Shown here: piece by piece, positions 26,777-35,304 of the stretch
Numbering within the stretch: the first letter of the stretch is position 1
Layout: each line of letters begins with the position of its first letter
From: Chitinophagales bacterium
GTDB lineage: Bacteria > Bacteroidota > Bacteroidia > Chitinophagales > UBA10324
Assembly (NCBI GenBank): GCA_039810885.1
Contig: JBDHXV010000006.1
Span: 12,455 to 76,454 of the forward strand
Direction of reading: 5' to 3'
Length of the DNA: 64,000 nucleotides
Position numbers and translations under genes: made by a program
The notes under the pieces: generated by a model
Told to the model about the DNA's origin: nothing
Seen by the model: the letters and a program-made list of their open reading frames with translations, nothing else
Database searches by the model: none

Positions 26777-28318
26777 ATGAGTGAACAAAAGCCACTTGAA
26801 GAATTAAAGAAAAACCAGTTAAGAAATAGGCTGTCTTCGGCGCGCAGCGAAGCGGGGCTGTCGAATTATATGTTTGGAAAAGTGCCGCCACAGGCTCGGG
26901 AATTAGAAGAAGCCGTACTGGGTGCTATTCTGTTAGAACGCAATGCACTTCATTCTGTAATTGATATTCTAAAACCGGAAAGTTTTTATGTTGATGCACA
27001 TAAAACTATTTATAAAGCAGTCATAGACCTTTTTACAAATGATCAACCGGTGGATTTACTTACGGTTACGGATAAGTTGCGTTTTTTGGGCGAATTGGAA
27101 AAAATTGGAGGAGCATTTACCGTAACGGAACTCACTAATAAAATTTCATCTTCGGCAAACATTGAATACTACGCACGTATTATTATGCAGAAGCATATTC
27201 AACGTGAGCTAATACAAATTTCCAGCAGCATTATTGAACAAGCTTATGAAGACACTACCGATGTTTTGAAATTATTGGATGCAGCCGAGCAGGAAATATT
27301 TCAGGTAACCGATAAAAATCTACGAAATAACTATAGCAAGATTGACACCTTGATTGCATCTGCAATTAAAAAACTTGAGCAAATCAAAGAAACGGCAAGT
27401 GACTTAACCGGAGTTCCTACGGGTTATGTTGATCTTGACCGGATCACCAGCGGATGGCAAGCTAGCGATTTAATAATTCTTGCTGCGCGCCCCAGTATGG
27501 GTAAAACGGCTTTTGCTTTATCTTTAGTACGTAACGCAGCCGTAGATTACAATAAACCGGTTGCCGTTTTCTCATTAGAAATGTCCAGCTTACAACTGAC
27601 TAATCGTTTACTTTCAACAGAAACGGGAATATCCGGTGATAAGCTACGCAGAGGAAATCTAGCGCCCTACGAGTGGGAACAACTTACAGTAATGTCGAAA
27701 AAATTATCCAATGCGCCCATATTTATCGACGATACACCGCAAATAAACATCTTTGAGTTGCGAGCTAAGTGTCGTCGTCTAAAAGCCAGCAGCGATATTC
27801 AGCTTATTGTGATTGACTATTTACAATTAATGAGTAGCCGAAACGATAACCGCAACACAAATCGAGAACAAGAAATAAGCAACATATCTCGCTCATTGAA
27901 ATCTTTAGCCAAGGAACTGGAGGTTCCGATTTTAGCACTATCCCAGCTTAGCCGTGATGTAGAAAAACGCGCAGGCGAAAAGAGGCCGGAGTTATCAGAC
28001 CTGCGTGAATCCGGAGCTATTGAACAAGACGCTGATTTGGTAATGTTTATTTACCGCCCCGATTACTATCAGGGAAGCGGCGGGACCCAAGGAGCTCCGG
28101 TAAGAACGGGCGAAACAGAAATCTTAATTAAGAAACACCGCAACGGAAAAACCGGAACGGTAAAACTTCGCTTTGTATCAGATACTATGCGCTTTGAAAA
28201 TGCTCCGGATGAAGTTGAAGGATATCCTGATAATTCGCCTTTCGGATATATAGACAACCAAGAGCCTAACATCATCACCAGACCATCTAAAATGGATGAT
28301 ATGGACTCTCCGATTTAG
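26777..28318 (+). CDS. dnaB: replicative DNA helicase
   Basis: The DnaB N-domain (PPQARELEEAVLGAILL) and the Walker A motif ARPSMGKTAF are present. LSQLSR and ESGAIEQDAD motifs also fit. The start is GTG 26774 or the adjacent ATG 26777. Confidence 0.95.
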   Translation: MSEQKPLEELKKNQLRNRLSSARSEAGLSNYMFGKVPPQARELEEAVLGAILLERNALHSVIDILKPESFYVDAHKTIYKAVIDLFTNDQPVDLLTVTDKLRFLGELEKIGGAFTVTELTNKISSSANIEYYARIIMQKHIQRELIQISSSIIEQAYEDTTDVLKLLDAAEQEIFQVTDKNLRNNYSKIDTLIASAIKKLEQIKETASDLTGVPTGYVDLDRITSGWQASDLIILAARPSMGKTAFALSLVRNAAVDYNKPVAVFSLEMSSLQLTNRLLSTETGISGDKLRRGNLAPYEWEQLTVMSKKLSNAPIFIDDTPQINIFELRAKCRRLKASSDIQLIVIDYLQLMSSRNDNRNTNREQEISNISRSLKSLAKELEVPILALSQLSRDVEKRAGEKRPELSDLRESGAIEQDADLVMFIYRPDYYQGSGGTQGAPVRTGETEILIKKHRNGKTGTVKLRFVSDTMRFENAPDEVEGYPDNSPFGYIDNQEPNIITRPSKMDDMDSPI

Positions 28319-28345
28319 AATAACTTTACCGCTAGCATAATATTT

Positions 28346-29695
28346 ATGAAATATTACCAATCTATTATTGACACTATTGGCAATACGCCACTCGTGAAAC
28401 TAAACAAAGTAGTCAAGAATGTTCCAGCGTTGGTGTTGGCAAAAGTTGAATCGTTTAACCCCGGCAATTCAATTAAAGATCGCATAGGATTAAAGATGAT
28501 TGAAGATGCAGAGAAAGCAGGGTTAATTAAACCTGGAGGCACCATTATTGAAGGCACTAGCGGTAATACCGGAATGGGCTTGGCTCTAGTTGCTATTGCA
28601 CGGGGATACCGATGTATTTTTACCACTACCGATAAGCAGTCCAAAGAAAAAATGGATATCCTGCGTGCCGTTGGAGCAGAAGTGATTGTTTGCCCGACAA
28701 ATGTAGAAGCAAGTGACCCACGCTCCTATTATTCTGTAGCAAAAAGATTGAGTCAGGAAATCCCAAATTCGTATTACCCGAATCAATACGACAACCTATC
28801 CAACCGCGTGGCGCATTATGAGAGTACAGGCCCCGAGATCTGGGAGCAAACAGAAGGAAAGATTACTCATCTCGTGGTGGGCACGGGAACAGGAGGTACA
28901 ATAAGCGGCACTGCAAAATATCTAAAGGAAAAGAATCCGAATATCAAAGTATGGGCTATTGATACCTATGGCTCTGCACTTAAAAAATATCATGAAACAG
29001 GGAAAATAGATGAGCGTGAGATTTATCCTTACATTACAGAAGGTATTGGTGAAGATATTATTCCGGCCAACATAGATTTTAACGTGATAGACCATTTTGA
29101 AAAAGTAACGGATAAAGACGGCGCTATAATGGCGCGTGAAATCACCAAGCGCGAAGGAATATTTGTGGGGTATTCAGCAGGCAGTGCCGTGGCTGGAATT
29201 CAGCAACTCAAGCACTTGCTTAACCCTAACGATGTTGTTGTTGTTATCTTTCATGACCATGGCAGCCGTTACATCGCTAAATTATATAATGACGACTGGA
29301 TGCGTGATCGCGGATTTCTTGAACTAAAATCCGTCAAAGACATTATGCGATCAGGAAAACAAAATGTCTTTGCCGTGCAGCCTGCTCATAAAGTATCGGA
29401 TGCAATTACTCTGATGCGAGAAAAAGATATCGACCAAGTTCCTGTGATTCATAATGGGGAGGTTGTTGGCTCTATCACAGAGAGCTTACTTTTCAACATG
29501 CTGCTCGACAATCAGGATGTAAAAAATAAAACAGTTGGAGAGATTATGGATAAGCCATTTCCTGTTGTATCGGTTGATACAACATTGGAGCGTCTTTCAG
29601 GTATTATTAATAAGGAAAATCCTGCTGTGCTTACAAGAGATGAGGCAGGTAACTATCATATTATTACGAAGTATGATATTATTTGTGCCTTTTAA
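28346..29695 (+). CDS. cystathionine beta-synthase-like PLP enzyme (CysK/CBS fold plus tandem CBS domains)
   Basis: The PLP-lysine context is NPGNSIKDRIG and a GTGGTISG loop is present. The C-terminal ~120 aa form a CBS pair (VSDAITLMREKDIDQVPVIHNGEVVGSITE). Confidence 0.88.
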   Translation: MKYYQSIIDTIGNTPLVKLNKVVKNVPALVLAKVESFNPGNSIKDRIGLKMIEDAEKAGLIKPGGTIIEGTSGNTGMGLALVAIARGYRCIFTTTDKQSKEKMDILRAVGAEVIVCPTNVEASDPRSYYSVAKRLSQEIPNSYYPNQYDNLSNRVAHYESTGPEIWEQTEGKITHLVVGTGTGGTISGTAKYLKEKNPNIKVWAIDTYGSALKKYHETGKIDEREIYPYITEGIGEDIIPANIDFNVIDHFEKVTDKDGAIMAREITKREGIFVGYSAGSAVAGIQQLKHLLNPNDVVVVIFHDHGSRYIAKLYNDDWMRDRGFLELKSVKDIMRSGKQNVFAVQPAHKVSDAITLMREKDIDQVPVIHNGEVVGSITESLLFNMLLDNQDVKNKTVGEIMDKPFPVVSVDTTLERLSGIINKENPAVLTRDEAGNYHIITKYDIICAF

Positions 29696-31186
29696 TTAGT
29701 AAAAGTCGGTGCGCAACGGCTTATCTTTAATCAGCCACTTGAATAACTTCAAACGGAGTTCGCTTTCGGGGGCATCTTTCGGTGGATATAAAGTAGCGGT
29801 AGGTTTTTCAAGAAATTTTATTCGTTGTACCTTATTTTCTTTGATGGAGATAATCATATTACTACATACAGCCTTATTAACACCAATCAATTTTTTGGCA
29901 TCATCTTCCCCGAAGTAGATGCTCTCACCGTTCCCTTCTACAAAGAGTTTGTATAATTCGCCATCCTTAAAGAAGCCTGTCATCTTCTTTCCCTGAATTT
30001 GATTATATCTAGAGGAGTCCACGCTATTAATAATCAAAGCATTTTTTAACATCAAAAAGCTTTTTATTTTCTTTTGCGAAGTTGTCATAAAGATGGTGTC
30101 GGCAGAAAGTTGATTTTCATCTACCCATAAAACCGGGCTTTTATAAAATCTGAATGTGGAATCTACATCAGAGTAGGATATCGAATCACAACGTGCACTA
30201 AGATTATGCTTGTAGATTATAACGTGATGATATGCATGAAACCATCGTTGGTTCTTAATAGTTGTTTCTGCGCTGTATAAGGTATCTGCTTTCAAAAACA
30301 TAGTGTCTTGACTCGATGCATCAATAAAAATTGGATTGTTCGTTGCCAATATTGAAGAGGACTTCTCATAATAGGCAGCAACATGGCTCACAATTGTGTT
30401 ATGCTTTATGGTATCCGTCCAATGTACATTCTTGTAAGCGTAACCAATGCCCGACTTTTTATAATAGATAATACTGTCTGCCGTTAAAATATTTTCATCA
30501 TTGGTTAGTCTTGCATTTTGTGAGAACTGGGTTATCTCATTTTGGGTATTATAGAAACCACGTTCACAATAAATTTTACTACTGTCGCTTAAAATATTTG
30601 TTGGCCCGAGGAAATAGGCACACTTTTCTTGAATGTTATATCGTAATGTATCGGCCTTAAGTAAGTATCGAGGATTGGTGAGCAACACATTTTTTTTAAA
30701 ATAAACATCATGCGTTGTTGCATAGTAGTAGCCTATTTGACTGGTTAATACAGAAGTATCACTCTTCAACTCTCCACCCGTATTGTAATAGCCCGTTCGA
30801 GTATTTAAATCATAGTCGAGCTGTGAAGTTTGCAAGGTTATTTTTTTATCTGTTAATCGCACATTTCCCGTCAACTTCGCTTTGCGCTTGTTTCCGTCGT
30901 AAAACAATTTATCTGAGTAGATATCAATAGTATCCTGTTGGATATGAATTTTCCCTGTGGCATCAACGGTGTTGGCATCAGAGTCAAAGTCGGCACGGTC
31001 ACAGTTGAGATAAACTCCATTCTGTTCCAACTTAACATTGCCTGTGAGAGTTCTTATTTTACGGTTACCGTAATCCATAAACTCCATCAAATCAGCATTG
31101 ATTATTTGTATGCGGGATTGAGAGAATGCAGAAACTCCAATTAGGATAAATAGGAATAGACTGGAATATTTCAATGACATTGCCAA
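29696..31186 (-). CDS. OstA-like (LptD N-terminal/LptC-like) domain protein
   Basis: A signal peptide is followed by repeated beta-jellyroll-like segments (LTGNVKLEQNGVYLNCDRADFD, LTGNVRLTDKKITLQTSQLDYD) typical of OstA-like proteins in Bacteroidota. Confidence 0.65.
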   Translation of the reverse strand: MAMSLKYSSLFLFILIGVSAFSQSRIQIINADLMEFMDYGNRKIRTLTGNVKLEQNGVYLNCDRADFDSDANTVDATGKIHIQQDTIDIYSDKLFYDGNKRKAKLTGNVRLTDKKITLQTSQLDYDLNTRTGYYNTGGELKSDTSVLTSQIGYYYATTHDVYFKKNVLLTNPRYLLKADTLRYNIQEKCAYFLGPTNILSDSSKIYCERGFYNTQNEITQFSQNARLTNDENILTADSIIYYKKSGIGYAYKNVHWTDTIKHNTIVSHVAAYYEKSSSILATNNPIFIDASSQDTMFLKADTLYSAETTIKNQRWFHAYHHVIIYKHNLSARCDSISYSDVDSTFRFYKSPVLWVDENQLSADTIFMTTSQKKIKSFLMLKNALIINSVDSSRYNQIQGKKMTGFFKDGELYKLFVEGNGESIYFGEDDAKKLIGVNKAVCSNMIISIKENKVQRIKFLEKPTATLYPPKDAPESELRLKLFKWLIKDKPLRTDFY

Positions 31187-31197
31187 ACGCTACGAAA

Positions 31198-32358
31198 TTA
31201 ATTGTAGTGTTGAATAGTTGTTTCGGTATCAAAAGCTACCTGGCTGTAATCTTTTATTTCATTATATAGAGAATCACGCTCTATCGGCACGCGATTCGCT
31301 TGTTTAATCAGTTCAACTAATTCTTGCGTACTCAGTGAAGGATTTTGCTCTTCTGAGCCGGCCATGGAATAGATTTTTGTGCTGTCGTCTATAGTCCCGT
31401 CTAAATCATCCACGCCAAAGTTTAACAAGAGCTGAGCAGTACTGCGACCGATCATTGGCCAATAGGCCTTTAGATGAGGAATGTTATCTAAAAATATTCT
31501 TGCCATTGCATAAGTGCGCAGGTCTTCTTGTATAGCCACTTCAGGAACGTGGCTCATTTGATTATCTTTATTACGAAACTTAAGCGGGATGAAGCAATTA
31601 AATCCGCTTGTGCTGTCTTGCAACTCACGCAAGCGATTCATGTGGTCAATACGATGTTCGTAATTTTCAATATGCCCATAGAGCATGGTGCAGTTAGTAG
31701 CCATACCTATTTTATGTGCTGTTTGGTGAATAGTCAACCACTGCGTTGCATTGGCTTTGTCTTTACAAATCTGATTTCTAATTTCTTCATCAAAAATCTC
31801 GGCACCACCGCCCGGAAGAGATTGTAAGCCACTTGCCTTCAATAATTCCAAGCCCTCTCGAACAGAAACTTTTGCTTTTCGGAACATATATTCCAACTCA
31901 ACAGCAGTATAACCTTTGATGTGTATGGTTGGATGTATTTCGCGAATTCGTTTTAGAACATCTGCAAAATATTGTAAAGTCATTTTAGGGTGTACCCCGC
32001 CAACAATATGAACTTCTGTTACATCGGTTCCAACATATTTTCGGACGATATCCAGCATTTGATCTACTGTTAATTCCCAGGCCGCATCATCGGGCTGGAA
32101 GTTGCGAGAGTATGAGCAGAATTTACAATCAAATACACATTTGTTGGTAGGTTCAATATGGAAGTTACGATTGAAGTAGGTTTTATTTCCGTGTAATTTT
32201 TCACGAATAGCATTGGCAACATAAGTTAGCACTCCTAAGTCGGCATCACGATAAAGCAAGGATGCTTCATTAATAGAAATACGAATGCCATGTAGCGCGT
32301 TTTGCAATATATCTCGAATCGCTTTTGGCGCTGTGTCTAATATGGTATCCATAGGCAT
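31198..32358 (-). CDS. radical SAM enzyme of the MqnE/MqnC/CofH family (probable aminofutalosine synthase)
   Basis: The CxxxCxxC cluster is TNKCVFDCKFCSY. The 386-aa length and the flanking FNRNFHIEPTN and VHIVGG motifs fit this family. The exact member is not resolvable by eye. Confidence 0.6.
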   Translation of the reverse strand: MPMDTILDTAPKAIRDILQNALHGIRISINEASLLYRDADLGVLTYVANAIREKLHGNKTYFNRNFHIEPTNKCVFDCKFCSYSRNFQPDDAAWELTVDQMLDIVRKYVGTDVTEVHIVGGVHPKMTLQYFADVLKRIREIHPTIHIKGYTAVELEYMFRKAKVSVREGLELLKASGLQSLPGGGAEIFDEEIRNQICKDKANATQWLTIHQTAHKIGMATNCTMLYGHIENYEHRIDHMNRLRELQDSTSGFNCFIPLKFRNKDNQMSHVPEVAIQEDLRTYAMARIFLDNIPHLKAYWPMIGRSTAQLLLNFGVDDLDGTIDDSTKIYSMAGSEEQNPSLSTQELVELIKQANRVPIERDSLYNEIKDYSQVAFDTETTIQHYN

Positions 32359-32364
32359 GCTGAA

Positions 32365-34038
32365 TTAGCTGACTAATTTTTTATATCGGAATTTTTTTGT
32401 TGAAGTATCACCAAGACGTTTCTTCTTATTTTCTTCATACTCACTAAATCCCCCTTCAAAGAAATATACTTGTGAGTCGCCTTCAAATGCAAGAATATGA
32501 GTAGCTACACGATCAAGGAACCAACGATCATGTGAAATGATTACCGCGCAACCGGCATAATCATCAAGGGCTTCTTCTAAAGCACGCATGGTGTTAACAT
32601 CAAGATCATTGGTTGGTTCATCAAGGAGCAGCACGTTAGCTTCTTGCCGCAGTGTAAGAGCAAGATGTAAGCGATTTCGCTCCCCACCCGAAAGTACTTT
32701 TACCTTTTTTTCTTGATCAGTGCCTGAGAAGTTAAACTTAGATACATAAGCTCGCGAGTTGATTTTGTACTTTCCAAACTCTACGTATTCTGTGCCGCCT
32801 GTAATATTTTCAAAAACGGTTTTCTCCGGATCAATAGATGCGTGCTGTTGATCTACGTAAGATATTTTAACCGTTTCACCTACTTTAAACTCACCGTGGT
32901 CAGGCTTCTCTTGGTTCATGATCATGCGGAATAGTGTCGTTTTGCCTGCACCGTTGGGTCCTATAATACCGACGATGCCATTTTGCGGTAAGTTAAAACT
33001 CAGATGCTCATATAATAATTTATCGCCAAAGGATTTGGAGACATCAATAGCCTCAATCACATTAGAGCCAAGGCGCGGGCCCGGCGGAATAAAAATTTCC
33101 AGTTTCTCTTCTTTAGCTTTAACTTCTTCATTCATCATCTTATCATAATTGGCAAGACGTGCCTTACCTTTTGACTGACGAGCCTTGGGAGACATTTTTA
33201 TCCACTCCAATTCACGTTGTAATGTCTTTTGACGCTTGGTTTCTGCTTTTTCTTCTTGTGCAAGACGAGCCTGTTTTTGTTCGAGCCACGAAGTATAGTT
33301 TCCCTTCCATGGAATTCCTTCGCCGCGATCTAATTCTAAAATCCAACCGGCAACATTGTCTAAGAAATAACGATCGTGTGTGATGGCGATTACGGTTCCG
33401 GGATATTGTTGCAGATGCTGCTCCAGCCATAAGACACTTTCTGCATCAAGGTGGTTGGTTGGCTCATCGAGTAATAAAATTTCCGGTTGCTGCAAGAGTA
33501 AGCGACACAAGGCAACGCGACGACGCTCACCGCCCGAACAGTTCTTAATTAATGCATCAGCATCAGGGCAACGCAGCGCATCCATAGCACGGTCTAACTT
33601 GGAGTCTATTTCCCATCCGTCAACGGCATCAATTTTTTCTTGCAGATCACCTTGTTTGTTCAGTAATTTTTCCATCTCATCATCGCTTAAAGGTTCACTG
33701 AAACGATTGCTTATGGTTTCAAACTCTTTTAATAAATCCATTACAGGCTGAACACCCTCACTCACAATTTCTCGAACGGTTCTGCTTTCATCGAAGGTTG
33801 GCTCCTGAGGCAGGTACCCGACTTTATAGCCTGAAGTAAATTCAATTTTACCCTGATAAGCTTGATCTAACCCAGCAATGATTTTTAATAAAGTGGATTT
33901 ACCTGACCCGTTTAATCCGATAATGCCGATTTTGGCACCGTAAAAAAAACTGAGATATATATTTTTTAATACTTGTTTATTAGGGGGGTAGGACTTACCT
34001 ACTCCTAACATAGAAAAGATAATCTTGTTGTCGCTCAT
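32365..34038 (-). CDS. ettA: energy-dependent translational throttle protein EttA (ABC-F)
   Basis: ORF 32365..34059. The preferred start is ATG 34038 (MSDNKIIFSM...). It has two ABC cassettes (GLNGSGKST, GPNGAGKTT; LSGGERRR/LSGGERNR signatures) and an inter-domain linker. Confidence 0.92.
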   Translation of the reverse strand: MSDNKIIFSMLGVGKSYPPNKQVLKNIYLSFFYGAKIGIIGLNGSGKSTLLKIIAGLDQAYQGKIEFTSGYKVGYLPQEPTFDESRTVREIVSEGVQPVMDLLKEFETISNRFSEPLSDDEMEKLLNKQGDLQEKIDAVDGWEIDSKLDRAMDALRCPDADALIKNCSGGERRRVALCRLLLQQPEILLLDEPTNHLDAESVLWLEQHLQQYPGTVIAITHDRYFLDNVAGWILELDRGEGIPWKGNYTSWLEQKQARLAQEEKAETKRQKTLQRELEWIKMSPKARQSKGKARLANYDKMMNEEVKAKEEKLEIFIPPGPRLGSNVIEAIDVSKSFGDKLLYEHLSFNLPQNGIVGIIGPNGAGKTTLFRMIMNQEKPDHGEFKVGETVKISYVDQQHASIDPEKTVFENITGGTEYVEFGKYKINSRAYVSKFNFSGTDQEKKVKVLSGGERNRLHLALTLRQEANVLLLDEPTNDLDVNTMRALEEALDDYAGCAVIISHDRWFLDRVATHILAFEGDSQVYFFEGGFSEYEENKKKRLGDTSTKKFRYKKLVS

Positions 34039-34123
34039 GAAGGATTTATTGCGGTGCAAAGGTACTAAAACACCGCACCTTAATTACGTGTTGCATAATA
34101 AATTAACACTATGATAAAAACGT

Positions 34124-35158
34124 TTAACCTTTGTAATAAGCTAAGTTCCCCTCAATTTCTGTCTTCACTAATTTACCTATTTCCGCAAGTAAATCTTCTA
34201 ATTCTGCTTGTGATTTACCGGAGGTCATTACGGTTAGTAATATAGGCAAGCCTTGTATGTAAAAAATACCGCTATCGTGTACTTGGCAGGATCCCGGAAG
34301 AATACGTTCTCCGAATTTATGAGCTACTATTAACTCGTTCTGAAAAAATCGATTAATGCCATTATGATATGAAGTGTGAGTCAGCATTTGTAAGGCATAC
34401 TCGGAAAGTTCAGGGCTTAAATAAGTAGCATTGTATAATAGACGGTAAAATTTACTCATCTCCTCCACATTCATTGTATAATTAATGTCTGAGATATTAT
34501 CAATTGGTATATTCAGTATTTTATATAAACTGATAAACTCCGCCATAGTTATTTTTTCTACAAGCAGGTTGGCAGACTCATTATCGGAACCTTCAATCAT
34601 CTTCTTTAACAGTTCTTCATAGGTATAAAACCGGTGAGGTTCTAAATAATGTCCTTCATTTCTCTTGTCTTGCAAAGCCGGATCAACAGCTTTAACATAT
34701 ACTTTCTCATGCAATAAGGCCGTGTCTCCTTCAATCTTTTTCAAAAAGGCAATCATAATAGACATTTTGAGCATGCTCGCCGGTGTATATTTCTGCTGTT
34801 CGTTAATCGCAGCCCATCGACCGTCTTTTAACGAACGAATATATACAGAAGCTGCTTCAACTTTATCATTACTCTTGTGTGACTCAATGATGGAATTAAT
34901 CTTAGATTTTAAATTATCGAATACGTCTGATTGTTGAGGTTGATCAAACATCATCAGTGGCCTGGTTAACTTCAGATCTTCGTCTTTCAATCGAAGAACA
35001 TTTAACTTTTCATCGCCCTCACTACAGGATACTTTTCGTCCAGTAAGCGGCACCTGGTTTATCCTTAAGAGATAAAATGAGTAAATATTTAATAAGAAAA
35101 GCAGCGAGGCAATTGCAAAAATGAAATGAGTTAATTTTTTGTTTTTCGACAAATTCAT
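34124..35158 (-). CDS. class A beta-lactamase-related serine hydrolase, membrane-anchored
   Basis: An N-terminal TM anchor is followed by an SxxK motif (PASMLKM), an SDN motif (EGSDNESAN) and a KxG-like HKFGE motif. Confidence 0.6.
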   Translation of the reverse strand: MNLSKNKKLTHFIFAIASLLFLLNIYSFYLLRINQVPLTGRKVSCSEGDEKLNVLRLKDEDLKLTRPLMMFDQPQQSDVFDNLKSKINSIIESHKSNDKVEAASVYIRSLKDGRWAAINEQQKYTPASMLKMSIMIAFLKKIEGDTALLHEKVYVKAVDPALQDKRNEGHYLEPHRFYTYEELLKKMIEGSDNESANLLVEKITMAEFISLYKILNIPIDNISDINYTMNVEEMSKFYRLLYNATYLSPELSEYALQMLTHTSYHNGINRFFQNELIVAHKFGERILPGSCQVHDSGIFYIQGLPILLTVMTSGKSQAELEDLLAEIGKLVKTEIEGNLAYYKG

Positions 35159-35248
35159 GAGGAGATTAGAGTCGTGTCGTTTGTAGGTGATTCAATCAAC
35201 AAAACTATTCTTTTCGAAACAACAATCCAAATGCACGATTCGGTAATA

Positions 35249-35277
35249 AAAAGAGAGTTCAATTTGAACTCTCTTTT
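35249..35277 (-). terminator. intrinsic terminator downstream of the EF-G paralog
   Basis: A near-perfect palindrome aaaagagagttcaa-t-ttgaactctctttt is followed on the minus strand by TTTTTATTA. It lies 28 nt after the stop at 35305. Confidence 0.7.
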
Positions 35278-35304
35278 GCTATAGCACGAAATTGGTTTTA
35301 TACG

